Made by a program: the position numbers and the translations under genes. Under the pieces are notes generated by a model, which did no database searches, was not told where the DNA came from, and saw only the letters and a list, made by a program, of their open reading frames with translations. 64,000 bases of DNA from a virus. Of this stretch, positions 10,511-20,800 are shown piece after piece. The stretch lies in IMG/VR virus record IMGVR_UViG_3300026263_000200. One strand, written 5' to 3'. Position 1 is the stretch's first letter. Each line of letters starts with the position of its first letter.

Positions 10511-11130
10511 TGAAAGAATATCATCAATTATTAACATTTGGAGATTGCATAGAATTAAAATTTAAGTGTGATACAAAAAAGCTATTAAAAGAGATAAAAG
10601 ATTTTGAATGGTTGCAATACAATCCTAGAAAGAAAATTAATAGATATGGATTAAGTATAACAAGTTTAGATGGTAAACGAAATGGTATTGATTTAGATTC
10701 TATATGGGAATACAATAAAGAAAATAATACAAAGTATGGTGAAGAGAGTTTTAAAACTAAAACAGATGTTTATTATGCAAGTGAAGAAACAAGAAAATTA
10801 TGTGAACCCTTTGACCCTTGGTTATGTAGAACGCATTTTTTAAATGTTAGAAGAGGTGGATTCTTTCCTTTACATAGAGACCAAAGAACAACTAAATTTT
10901 TTAAAACTTTTAGAGTATTAGTACCTATATCTAATTGTAATCCAGGTCAGTTATACTTTATACACGATAATAAAATATTAAACTTTAATCACGGACACGC
11001 ATATTTTTTAAATACTAATAAAGAACACGCTATATTTTCTTATGATGATAAAGCTATAATGTTAGTTATAAATATAGAATGTACACCTGAATCTGTAGAG
11101 AAAGTTATAACGAATAGTAGATATGCTTAA
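10510..11130 (+). CDS. Aspartyl/asparaginyl beta-hydroxylase-like Fe/2OG oxygenase
   Basis: GGFFPLHRD (HxD), RVLVP, FLNTNKEH (distal His). Confidence 0.7.
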   Translation: MKEYHQLLTFGDCIELKFKCDTKKLLKEIKDFEWLQYNPRKKINRYGLSITSLDGKRNGIDLDSIWEYNKENNTKYGEESFKTKTDVYYASEETRKLCEPFDPWLCRTHFLNVRRGGFFPLHRDQRTTKFFKTFRVLVPISNCNPGQLYFIHDNKILNFNHGHAYFLNTNKEHAIFSYDDKAIMLVINIECTPESVEKVITNSRYA

Positions 11131-11135
11131 TATTT

Positions 11136-11975
11136 ATGAGACCAGAAGATAGTAAATTTAAAGCAGTCTATTGTGATATAGTACATAGATGTAATATGGA
11201 GTGTGCTAATTGTTATTTACCTTTCAGACATTATCCAGATTTAAATACAGATAAAGTTATTGACTTTATAAGAAGATTTAAAGTTAAAACTGAATTTAGA
11301 TTTATTGGTGGTGAACCCACATTACATAAAGATTTAGCAAAGATTATAAAAGAGGCAACATCACTTGGTCATAGAACAACTATTGCAACTAATGGATTAA
11401 GAATTGCCCATTATCATTATTTAAAAGAATTAAAAGACGCTGGATTGAAAACTGTATATTTAAGTATGACTGGTTTTGATGATGATAAAGTATATGAAAT
11501 AACTGATAGATTAAAATGTGCTAAGAAGAAAATGGAAGCATTAGCAAATTGTTTATCTTTAAAATTACGGTTGTCTATTGGTTGTATTGTTATTAAAAAT
11601 TTGAACGAACATATTATAGATAGAATGGTTGCGTATAAAGATAATAATAAAATGCGAATAGGTACATCTTTTGAGTTTAGAAATGTTGGACAAGTAGGAC
11701 GATATATGATTGAAAAGGATCAGAATTATAAGTTTGATGAATTAAAACAGTTGATATCAGACAAGTTTGGTATAAATCCGAATCCAAAAATATTTGAAGA
11801 TAATCAGTATGCTTGGACGGTAATACACGGAAAATATAGAATAAATATAACTAATTGGGAAGGAGCTGATGGAGGATTTAATGATGAAACAAATACCATA
11901 CGTGGTAGATTAACTCAAAATTTTGAAGTTGCTCCTTTTTTAGAACATATCAAAGAAAACGCTGGAGGATATTAA
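11136..11975 (+). CDS. Radical SAM enzyme (MoaA-like core, no SPASM)
   Basis: CNMECANC, FIGGEPTLH, IATNG. Confidence 0.85.
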   Translation: MRPEDSKFKAVYCDIVHRCNMECANCYLPFRHYPDLNTDKVIDFIRRFKVKTEFRFIGGEPTLHKDLAKIIKEATSLGHRTTIATNGLRIAHYHYLKELKDAGLKTVYLSMTGFDDDKVYEITDRLKCAKKKMEALANCLSLKLRLSIGCIVIKNLNEHIIDRMVAYKDNNKMRIGTSFEFRNVGQVGRYMIEKDQNYKFDELKQLISDKFGINPNPKIFEDNQYAWTVIHGKYRINITNWEGADGGFNDETNTIRGRLTQNFEVAPFLEHIKENAGGY

Positions 11976-12733
11976 TGAGTAAAAGTAAAATCAATTTGTG
12001 GTTTATATTTTGGCCTATTCAAATATTAGCTTTATTAGGTATTATTTTTACATCACCTAATTGGTTATATTTGTTATTAGGTTGGATACTTTTTTGTGGA
12101 TTAGGTTCTGCTGTTATTTTACATAAAGTTGTAAGTCATAAATCTATTAAACTAAAGAAGTGGTTGAAAAAACCATTATTATTTTTATCTTGTTTATGTG
12201 TGCAAGGTAGTCCTTTGTGGTGGGCGGCAACGCATAGAGGTAAACATCACCCACACGCTGACAAAGATGGAGACCCACATAGTCCTAAAGATGGTTTCTT
12301 TCACTCTTATATTGGGTGGCTACATAATAGAAAATTAGGTAAGATTAATACTAGATTTATTCCTGATATAAGAAAAGATAAATTTCATCTATGGTTAAAT
12401 CGTAGATACACTTATATTGTTTTGGCAACTTTTATAGTATTAGGTTTAATTAATATAGAATTTATGTTATGGTTTTGGTTGATACCAGCGGTATTATCAT
12501 TTCATCAAGAAGCAATTGTTAATTCAGTTTGTCATTTAGGTAAATTTGGTTATAGAACATTTGACACAAAAGATAAGTCAATGAATATACCTTTACTTGC
12601 ATTATTGACTTGGGGTCAAGCATTACATAATAATCACCATTATGATTATGATTCATATAATTTTGCTAAAAAGAAAAATGAGTTTGATCCTTGTACGTTA
12701 TTTTTACCTTTTATAGAGGAAAAGGTTCGTTAG
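11975..12733 (+). CDS. Membrane acyl-CoA/acyl-lipid delta-9-type fatty acid desaturase
   Basis: Three His boxes (HKVVSH, HRGKHH, HNNHH), DPHSP, NSVCH, and hydrophobic segments. Confidence 0.9.
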   Translation: MSKSKINLWFIFWPIQILALLGIIFTSPNWLYLLLGWILFCGLGSAVILHKVVSHKSIKLKKWLKKPLLFLSCLCVQGSPLWWAATHRGKHHPHADKDGDPHSPKDGFFHSYIGWLHNRKLGKINTRFIPDIRKDKFHLWLNRRYTYIVLATFIVLGLINIEFMLWFWLIPAVLSFHQEAIVNSVCHLGKFGYRTFDTKDKSMNIPLLALLTWGQALHNNHHYDYDSYNFAKKKNEFDPCTLFLPFIEEKVR

Positions 12734-13265
12734 TATCTGATATTTTTTTATATGTAATATGTTGCAAACAATTTCTTTCTGTTCCTTTACATACCCATTT
12801 TTTATCATCACATAAAGACCACCCTGGACTGTATTCATTTGCTTGTTCAGTCCATCTCTTTAAGTAATTTCTTTTCTGACCTTCAATAGATAGAAAGACA
12901 TAATCTTTACCTATACTTTTACAATATTCTATTTGGTGGTCGTGTATTAATTTTGATATGATACCAAATGTGGGATTGACCCAATCAAATTTTTTATTTC
13001 TTAATAAACGATTAAATATTCTACTAACATTTTTAGGCCAAATAGGTCTACTTAATACTGAAGCGAAAGCTACAATATTGCCTTTATAGACAATTAAAGT
13101 AATATCATCTAAACTGTTAAATTTTATATTTTCAGGTGTATAATTACTACTTAACTTATCAGTAGAATTGCTAAACTCATCTAATAATAAATTTAGCTTT
13201 TCTTTATAATGCAAGTAATTATGTTTATTAAAAACCTGATATTGGTTTATATCATTTGGAAGCAT
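12711..13265 (-). CDS. Putative GNAT-fold acyltransferase
   Basis: LIVYKGNIVAFA beta-hairpin, RIFNRL, and helix QIEYCKSIGKDYVFLS resembling GNAT motifs A/B. Convergent with the desaturase. Confidence 0.45.
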   Translation of the reverse strand: MLPNDINQYQVFNKHNYLHYKEKLNLLLDEFSNSTDKLSSNYTPENIKFNSLDDITLIVYKGNIVAFASVLSRPIWPKNVSRIFNRLLRNKKFDWVNPTFGIISKLIHDHQIEYCKSIGKDYVFLSIEGQKRNYLKRWTEQANEYSPGWSLCDDKKWVCKGTERNCLQHITYKKISDTNEPFPL

Positions 13266-13280
13266 AATAAAAATTATATA

Positions 13281-13571
13281 TTAGGAAACGTCTAATGTTT
13301 CTATTATACCATTTTTATCATTATAAGACATCCTACTATTCTCATAATCCGTACATAAATCATTATCTCTAAAAGGTATATAATCTTCATCATTTGGAAA
13401 TGTAAAAGACCGAGTTCTTATTAAACCAGTTTCATCAGTACTACCACCATTATCTATTATTTTTCCACTATCTTCTGCTTCTTTTATTAATGCCAACATT
13501 TCAGCTGAACCTTCGTGAAAGGCAACACCTGTGTTAGGTCTTGTTTGGGTTAAAACTACTGTTATAGCCAT
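13281..13571 (-). CDS. Small acidic hypothetical protein, late-expressed
   Basis: AGGAG RBS (ctcct at 13580-13584) and a reverse late promoter at 13590-13597. Confidence 0.7.
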   Translation of the reverse strand: MAITVVLTQTRPNTGVAFHEGSAEMLALIKEAEDSGKIIDNGGSTDETGLIRTRSFTFPNDEDYIPFRDNDLCTDYENSRMSYNDKNGIIETLDVS

Positions 13572-13589
13572 ATTTTTATCTCCTATATG

Positions 13590-13608
13590 TATTTATATCT
13601 TATAAATA
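13590..13608. promoter_or_regulatory. Back-to-back divergent T4-type late promoters
   Basis: tatttata (13590-13597, minus-strand TATAAATA) and tataaata (13601-13608). Confidence 0.8.
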
Positions 13609-13639
13609 GTATTATGAATAAATTAAATGGAGATATTGT

Positions 13640-13843
13640 ATGATAACAATTGACGGAAAAGAATATGATGAAGCAAAGTTTAGTCCTGAATTACAAAATA
13701 CTATAGCAGTAAGACAAGAAATTCAAGTAAGCAAGACTAGACATATGATTGAGATTGAAAAAATAGATGTTTTAACTAAGCATTATAACGAAAAAATAGT
13801 CAAATTGATTAAAAAAGAAGTACCAGAATCCGAGAAAAAATAA
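13640..13843 (+). CDS. Small coiled-coil hypothetical protein
   Basis: GGAG RBS, downstream of a late promoter. Confidence 0.7.
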   Translation: MITIDGKEYDEAKFSPELQNTIAVRQEIQVSKTRHMIEIEKIDVLTKHYNEKIVKLIKKEVPESEKK

Positions 13844-14182
13844 ATGGCAGCAATAGCTAACTTAACCATAGACCAAGGAACAACCTTTAGTTCAGACGTA
13901 ACTGTAAAGGATGCCAATGGACAACCGTTTGACCTAACAGGTTATACAGCGGCGGCGAAAATGGCAAAGGGTTATGCTTCCACTAGAACAAGATCCAATC
14001 TATCTACTTCCATAGCAACAGACGCTGCTACTGGTGTAGTTACTCTTTCATTGACAGCAACAGAAACATCTGCTTTGGATGCTGAGAGATACGTATATGA
14101 CCTTGAAATTACATCAAGCGTTGGTGCTGTAACTCGGGTTATAGAAGGATTAATTACAGTTAGACCTCAAGTTACTACTTAA
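13844..14182 (+). CDS. Virion structural protein (baseplate/fibre adaptor-like beta-sandwich)
   Basis: ANLTIDQGTTF...DLTGY...RYVYDLEI...RVIEG pattern common in marine T4-like tail regions. Confidence 0.65.
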   Translation: MAAIANLTIDQGTTFSSDVTVKDANGQPFDLTGYTAAAKMAKGYASTRTRSNLSTSIATDAATGVVTLSLTATETSALDAERYVYDLEITSSVGAVTRVIEGLITVRPQVTT

Positions 14183-14198
14183 TCAAACTACTTTTTGT

Positions 14199-14206
14199 TA
14201 TAAATA
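14199..14206 (+). promoter_or_regulatory. T4-type late promoter TATAAATA
   Basis: Exact consensus 21 nt upstream of the ATG at 14227. Confidence 0.75.
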
Positions 14207-14226
14207 TAAGATAAAAGGGAGAGAGA

Positions 14227-14475
14227 ATGTCTGACATTACAGCAAAAATAAATGTAAATACTCAATCTGGTCCACAAAAAGTTTCTGTGACCTTGCCGTC
14301 TAGTAAGGCACTTCAAAATTCTGCCCTTAAATTAGCTCTTCTTGGTGATGTTGATACTACCAATTTAGATGATGGTTCTATGATACAATATAGAGCAAGT
14401 GATGGCAAATTTGTAACTAGAACAGAAATAGTGACCACAACAGGTACACTATTATTTAATTGTGGGAGTTTCTAA
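14227..14475 (+). CDS. Small virion/tail-associated protein
   Basis: L..LGDVD...L.DGS..QY fibre-type motif; C-terminal CGSF resembles the DGGTF end of the next gene. Confidence 0.55.
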   Translation: MSDITAKINVNTQSGPQKVSVTLPSSKALQNSALKLALLGDVDTTNLDDGSMIQYRASDGKFVTRTEIVTTTGTLLFNCGSF

Positions 14476-14478
14476 TAA

Positions 14479-16191
14479 ATGGCAACAGTAATACAGATAA
14501 AACGAAGTTCGGCAACATCAGCACCTAGTACATTAAAATTAGGTGAATTAGCTTATACTTACGGAACAGGTTCTCAAGCAAACCTAGGAGATAGAATCTT
14601 TATAGGGGAAGGCGGAGTTGACGGTAACGGTGACGCAAATAATATTTCAGTAATTGGAGGTCAGTATTTTACAGATATGTTAGACCACGTTGCTGGTACA
14701 TTAACAGCAAGTGGTGCTGTTTTAGTAGATTCAAATAAAGCAGTCAACGAATTAATTGTAGGTAATAATGCAAGTGCAGGTGGAGAATTAAAATTTAATG
14801 AAGGAACAAATAACGGTTCATCATTTATAGGTCTTAAAGCACCTAACAACGTAACTACAACAACAACATTTACATTACCAGACGGAGATGGTTCTGCTGG
14901 TCAGTTTATGAAAACTGACGGTGGTGGAAATTTATCTTTCTCAACAGTTAATCAATTTATAGATTTAGCTGGTGATACAGGAACAGATACTTATAATACT
15001 GCTGAAACATTAACTTTTGCAGGTGGTTCAGGAATGAATACAGTTGTAACTGATAACAATGTAGAAATTCAAGCAACAGCATTAACAAATGCTAACTTAT
15101 CTGGTACTGCTGGAATTACAAATGCTAATTTAGCAAATCCAGCAACAACATTAGGATCATCTACATTAACTTTAGGTGCAACAGAAACAGATTTAGCTGG
15201 ATTAACATCTATAGTAATTGATGACATTACAATTAATGGTCAATCAGTTTCAACAACAGCAAGTAATAAAGATATTCATTTAACACCTCACGGAACTGGT
15301 ACAGTTATTTTACCTAGTGGCTATGAAGATAGAAGTGGATTCCAAGACCAATCAGTTGCAAACAAAGCATACGTTGACCAAGTTGCTCAAGGTTTAGATA
15401 CTAAACCTTCTTGTAAATTAGGTACAACTGCTAATTTATCAGCAACTTATTCAAACGGAACTGCTGGTGTTGGTGCAACATTAACAGCAAGTTCTAACGG
15501 TGCATTATCACTTGATGGATCAACAGCAAGTGCTAATGATAGAATTTTAGTTAAAAATCAAACAGACGCTTCAGAAAACGGTATTTACGTAGTTACAACT
15601 GTTGGTAATGGATCAACTGCTTTTGTATTAACAAGAGCAACTCCAGAAGACCAACCATCTGAATTAAGTGGTGGTGCTTTCGTATTCGTTGAAGAAGGAA
15701 CTTTAAATGCGAATAACGGTTATGTATTTACACACACAGGTGCTCCAACATTTGGAACAACTGATTTAGATGTAGCACAATTTTCTGGTGCAGGTCAAAT
15801 TACTGCAGGTGCAGGATTAGTTAAAGATGGTAATACAATTGATACAAATCCTGATGATAGTTCACTTGAAGTTAGTGGCGACCAATTAAGAGTTAAAGCA
15901 AGTGGTGTTACAAATTCTATGTTAGGTGGTTCAATTACAACTGACAAATTAAATAATCCAGTAATATATTTTAAAGATGAAACTTCAACACAAGGTCAAG
16001 TATCTTTAGAAGGTACTTTAGAATTTATGGCAGGTGAGGGAATTAATACTATTGCAAATGGAAATAAATTAGAGATTGTTGGTGAGTTAGCAAGTAATTT
16101 AAATATAGGAGTTGCTTCTTTTTCTGCTGACAATTTTACAGTTACATCAGGTGATGTAGAAGTTTCAACAGTTGATGGAGGTACTTTCTAA
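14479..16191 (+). CDS. Tail fibre protein
   Basis: N-terminal IQIKRS...GELAY, Gly/Thr/Ala-rich body, ANKAYVD, DRILVKNQT...NGIY fibre domain. Confidence 0.8.
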   Translation: MATVIQIKRSSATSAPSTLKLGELAYTYGTGSQANLGDRIFIGEGGVDGNGDANNISVIGGQYFTDMLDHVAGTLTASGAVLVDSNKAVNELIVGNNASAGGELKFNEGTNNGSSFIGLKAPNNVTTTTTFTLPDGDGSAGQFMKTDGGGNLSFSTVNQFIDLAGDTGTDTYNTAETLTFAGGSGMNTVVTDNNVEIQATALTNANLSGTAGITNANLANPATTLGSSTLTLGATETDLAGLTSIVIDDITINGQSVSTTASNKDIHLTPHGTGTVILPSGYEDRSGFQDQSVANKAYVDQVAQGLDTKPSCKLGTTANLSATYSNGTAGVGATLTASSNGALSLDGSTASANDRILVKNQTDASENGIYVVTTVGNGSTAFVLTRATPEDQPSELSGGAFVFVEEGTLNANNGYVFTHTGAPTFGTTDLDVAQFSGAGQITAGAGLVKDGNTIDTNPDDSSLEVSGDQLRVKASGVTNSMLGGSITTDKLNNPVIYFKDETSTQGQVSLEGTLEFMAGEGINTIANGNKLEIVGELASNLNIGVASFSADNFTVTSGDVEVSTVDGGTF

Positions 16192-16409
16192 TGTTTAAAT
16201 GGCTTAAAAAATTAATTAATAAAACAGTAAGTTCTTACGACCCAATTAAACCAAAAAAAGAAGTTATAGCATTAAAAGAATTATCAAAAAGAACTAAAAA
16301 ACAATTAGAGTCTATTGGTAGAAAAATGGGAATTGAATTAGATAGAAGATTATCAAAATCAAAATTAATAAACAAAATTAAATTTAGAGCTAGATTAAGA
16401 AGAAAATAA
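16191..16409 (+). CDS. Small basic protein with HeH/SAP-like motif
   Basis: TKKQLESIGRKMGIELDRRLSKSKLI; very Lys/Arg-rich. Confidence 0.55.
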   Translation: MFKWLKKLINKTVSSYDPIKPKKEVIALKELSKRTKKQLESIGRKMGIELDRRLSKSKLINKIKFRARLRRK

Positions 16410-16789
16410 TGGCAACAAAAATTAAACCATATCGTTCGGAAGTAGCAACTCGTATTCCATCAGCAAGTAATATGGATATCGGTGAGTTGGCGATGAACGT
16501 CCAAGACGGTAAGTTTTATACAAAAACAAGTGTAGGACAAATTAAAGAATTAGGTGGTGCAGGATCAATTACTTTGCAAGACGTAACTGCTAACGGTTCA
16601 ATTACAGATAGAACAATCACTATGAACGGTGCAAATTTTATTTTTGAAGGTAATTTAGAAGACGCTTTTGAAACTACTTTAACAATAGATGAACCAACAG
16701 CAGACAATCAATTAAAATTACCTAACGCTTCAGGTACTCTTGGTACGCAAGATGACGCATTAGCATATTCTGTAGTATTTGGTTCGTAG
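16409..16789 (+). CDS. Short tail-fibre-like virion protein
   Basis: N-terminal RS...P......GELAMN..DGKFY, similar to the N-terminus of 14479. Confidence 0.6.
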   Translation: MATKIKPYRSEVATRIPSASNMDIGELAMNVQDGKFYTKTSVGQIKELGGAGSITLQDVTANGSITDRTITMNGANFIFEGNLEDAFETTLTIDEPTADNQLKLPNASGTLGTQDDALAYSVVFGS

Positions 16790-16797
16790 GATAAATT

Positions 16798-17169
16798 ATG
16801 GCAAGTATATTTAAGAATTCAGGAATAACAGTTCCAGTAATAGATGATTCATCTGGTGATATGTACCAAGCGTCTAATACTGAAAAAGCGGTAATTCACG
16901 CATTGTTTATTTCAAATAGAAGTGAGTACAGTATAGCAAGAGTTAATGTAAAAGTAACCGTTGATGGTGCGAAAAATACAAATACTAATCCAACTACATT
17001 TAGATTTGTATGTAAAAATTTAGAAATACCTGTAGGTAATACATTGACAATTGATAAACCAATAAATTTAGAAAACAATGATATATTGAGAGTAACTGCT
17101 GAACCTTCTCCTGATTCAAGTTCTGTAGATGTGGAAGCGTTTGCAAGTATTTTGGCAATGACAGAATAG
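16798..17169 (+). CDS. Hypothetical virion protein (beta-sandwich)
   Basis: Located among tail genes; KPINLE..D.L.V pattern. Confidence 0.5.
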   Translation: MASIFKNSGITVPVIDDSSGDMYQASNTEKAVIHALFISNRSEYSIARVNVKVTVDGAKNTNTNPTTFRFVCKNLEIPVGNTLTIDKPINLENNDILRVTAEPSPDSSSVDVEAFASILAMTE

Positions 17170-17209
17170 AAAAAATGAGAAAAATAAATATAACAAATAG
17201 AGAAAATCA

Positions 17210-17836
17210 ATGTCATATACAGTACCAGGCGTAACTGGAATAAAATATTTAAAGAAATTTAACGCATTAAGACGTACAAAAGAAGGTATGTTATACCTAA
17301 CTTCTGTAAATCCTAATCAAAGCAATGAATCAATTGAAGTATCAAAATATTTTGAAGATGGAAAATCAGATAGTGTTGGAAGAGACCAAACAGATTACGT
17401 TGAAGAAAGATTAGAAATGTATGATGTTCAATATTTCACAGGTGACGCTTCAACTAAAGCATTTACTATCTCAAATCCAGTCTTAAATGAAACAAGATTA
17501 GCACTATTTTTAGATGGTGTTATGCAAGTACCTTATTCAGATTGGAGTTTAACAGGTGGTAATCAGATAAATTTCGTACTAATACCTAAAGCTAGTGCTA
17601 GTATTGTGGTAGGGGTAATTAAGAGAAGATACTTAAATAATGATAGCGATAAGTTTCAACAAATTAATTATTCAGACGATACTACAACTAGTTTTCTTAT
17701 AAATAGTACTAGTGGAGATTTAGTTAAAAGAAGTAAAAAGGGAGTTACAAGGTCAGCAGAAGCAACAGATGACTTTGATACTTTTGAAAGCACAACGGCA
17801 AGTGTAGCTACAACAACATACCAAAGTGCTGTTTAA
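17210..17836 (+). CDS. Hypothetical virion protein
   Basis: FTGD...F...LFLDGVMQ.P..D...G..I.F motif typical of myophage baseplate/tail proteins. Confidence 0.55.
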   Translation: MSYTVPGVTGIKYLKKFNALRRTKEGMLYLTSVNPNQSNESIEVSKYFEDGKSDSVGRDQTDYVEERLEMYDVQYFTGDASTKAFTISNPVLNETRLALFLDGVMQVPYSDWSLTGGNQINFVLIPKASASIVVGVIKRRYLNNDSDKFQQINYSDDTTTSFLINSTSGDLVKRSKKGVTRSAEATDDFDTFESTTASVATTTYQSAV

Positions 17837-17840
17837 AATG

Positions 17841-17848
17841 TATAAATA
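17841..17848 (+). promoter_or_regulatory. T4-type late promoter TATAAATA
   Basis: Exact consensus upstream of the ATG at 17868; another copy at 17698-17705. Confidence 0.75.
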
Positions 17849-17867
17849 TTAGGAAAAAAGAGAGAAA

Positions 17868-20800
17868 ATGGCAGATTTCAAACTAGGACGAATAAAATTT
17901 AAATGGAGAGGTGATTGGACATCAAGCTCTTCTTACTTAATTGATGATATAGCAAAATACGGTGGTAATACTTATGTGTGTATTAAAAATCACACTTCAC
18001 CAGCTAATGAAAACTTATTTTATACAAGTCCTGGAACATATACAGAATACTGGCAAGTACACGGCGAATCAGTTTATTTCAAAGGTGCTTATGCCAATAC
18101 AACTTGGTACAAATTAAACGACCTAGTTAGTTATGGTGGTAAACAATACCGTTGTACAACAGCTCACACATCAGCAAGTTTAGTTTTAGACTCTGCTAAA
18201 TTTGAACAGTTTGTAGATAGTATTAACTTTACAGGTGATTACGCTTCTTCAACTCAATACAAATTAAATGATATAGTTAAATACGGTGGAAGACAATATA
18301 GATGTACAACTGAATACACATCAGCAGCTGGTGGTGATCCAAATATAGACTTAACAAAATTTACTTTATTTAGTGAAGGTTTAGCATTTAAAGGCGACTT
18401 CACAGTTTCAACATTTTACAAATTAGATGACGTTGTAAAATTTGGTTCATACCAATATAGATGTACAACTGCTCATACTTCAGGTGCTAATTTATCAGAT
18501 TTTGCTCAAGCAAATTTCGTAGTTTATTCAGAAGGTTTACAATTTGAAGATTCCTATAATGCTACAACTCTTTATTCAAAAGGAGATGTAGTAACTTATG
18601 GTGGTTATTCTTATGCATATATTAATGCTCAAGAATCTACAGGACAAACTCCTGCCGACAATTCTTATTGGGATGTAATAACAACAGGTTTCAATGCAAC
18701 TGGACTTTATGTCCACGGAACATTATACAAAACTGGTGATACAGTTCAGTATGGTGGTAATTCTTATGTCTGTATATTAGACGCACAAAATCAAAGACCA
18801 TCACAAGCAAGTGGTGCTGTTAATTCAACTTATTGGAAAGGTGTTGTAGAAGGATTTAAATGGCAAGGTAACTATAGTGCTGTTACAACATACACTATTG
18901 GCGATACAGTAAGATTTGCTTCAAACTCATATGTTAATTTAAAAGACCAAGTTCTAAATATAGAACCAGGTTCAGACGCAAATACTTGGCAAGCAATTGC
19001 TCAAGGAGATACTGCTGCTGTAATGACATCAATCGGAGATATGATTGTTCAAGATGGTGGTGGTGTTGCAAGATTACCATTAGGTCTTCCAGGTGGAGTA
19101 TTAACTAATGATGGAGATGATATTTTATGGAGTGGTTCTTCAGGTAAAAACGTTTTATGGGTTTCTCCTTCAGGAACAGACGGTGGACCAGGAACAGAAG
19201 CATTGCCTTATAAAACATTGGCATATGCTTGTAAACACGCAAAATCAAATTCAATTAGAGAATATGAAAATGTAACTGGTGGTACAGGTGGAACATCAAA
19301 TTTATATGATGAAGTTCAAGGTATTGCTTCAAAAGAATTAACAGTTTCAGCAGTTCCAAGTACAACAACTTTTGAAGTTTCAATGGGAACTTCAATATAT
19401 GCTCACACTTATGTAAGTGGTGGTACAGTTAGAAAAGCAGACGACAATACATTAGCAGTATCAAATGGTGTTTATAATCATAGTACAGGAATTATAACAA
19501 TCACAACTCCAACACACGGATTATCAGTAGGTAATAAAGTTAGAGTATGGGGATTAAATTATACTTGCGCTAAAGGTGCAAAAACTTATCCTGAAACAGG
19601 AAGTCCTTCTCTTTATAGAGTTGATACATCTGGCGGTGGATTAAAAATAGAAATTGTTAATGGCGGTGCTAACCACAACGTAGGTGATAAAATTAGAATT
19701 GATGGAACAGATATCGGTGGTGCAGTTGCCTTAAATTTTGATGTTAAGAGTGTTGCAGGAGATATAATCAGAATTAAAAACGGTACTTTCAAAGAACAAT
19801 TACCAATGACAGTAGCAGAAAACGTTTCTGTAGTTGGTGAATCTTTAAGAAATACAATAGTAATGCCAGCAAGTGGAACTGGTTCTCAAATTAAAACAGT
19901 AGAATTAACTAAAAACGTAGTTAGTGCTACTAACGGACAATACAAATATTTACACCCGAAGAAAGTAGAAAAACCTTATACAGTTGTAACAGCTGCTAAC
20001 GCAACTACATTTACAATTGATGTTGGTACAGACGCTAGACCTCACACATACGTTGATGGTGGAGTAGTTACGAAGTCTGACTATGCTGAATTAACTATAT
20101 CTAATGCTGTTTATAATAATAGCACAGGAATTATTACAATAACAACTTCATCAGCACATAGTTTATCAGCAAGTGATGTTGTTAAAATATCAGGTATAAA
20201 ATATCATTGTAAAGATGGTGAAAAAGTTTATCCAAAAGTTGGACACGGTTCAGTATGGAGTGTAGTTGTAAAAGGCGGAGTTGCAGAAGAAATTATAACA
20301 TATCACGGTGGGGCAGATTTCCACGTTGGTGATGTAATTACATTAGCGGCTGCTGATGTTGGTAACGGTGGCGACTTAACAATTACAGTTAAATCTTTAG
20401 AAGATAACAACGCTTCAAATATGTTCTTATTAAATGATAAGAACAATATGAGAAATATGACTTTCGTAGGTCTTTCTGGACAAAAACGTTCTGGAGGATT
20501 ATACAAAGTAACACAGGTTGGTTCAACAACTCAATTTGTAGTTTCTTTAGGAACTTCACAACACGCTCACACTTATATTAGTGGCGGTGGAGTAATAAAA
20601 GTTGGCGCAGAAGGAACTAGATTCACTCTTGCTAACGCTAGTTATGCACACTCAAATGGTGATTTAACATTATCTACAAACGAAGTTCACGGTTTAACTG
20701 TTGGCGATTATGTAACTGTTGGAAAAATGAAATTTACTTGCGAATTAGGTGAGAAAATATATCCAAGTGGTCCAATGCAACAAGCGATTATGTCTTTAGA

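Noticed and set aside
11136-11975. MoaA / molybdopterin synthesis
   Set aside because: Lacks the C-terminal Cys cluster and terminal GG of MoaA; no moaC nearby.
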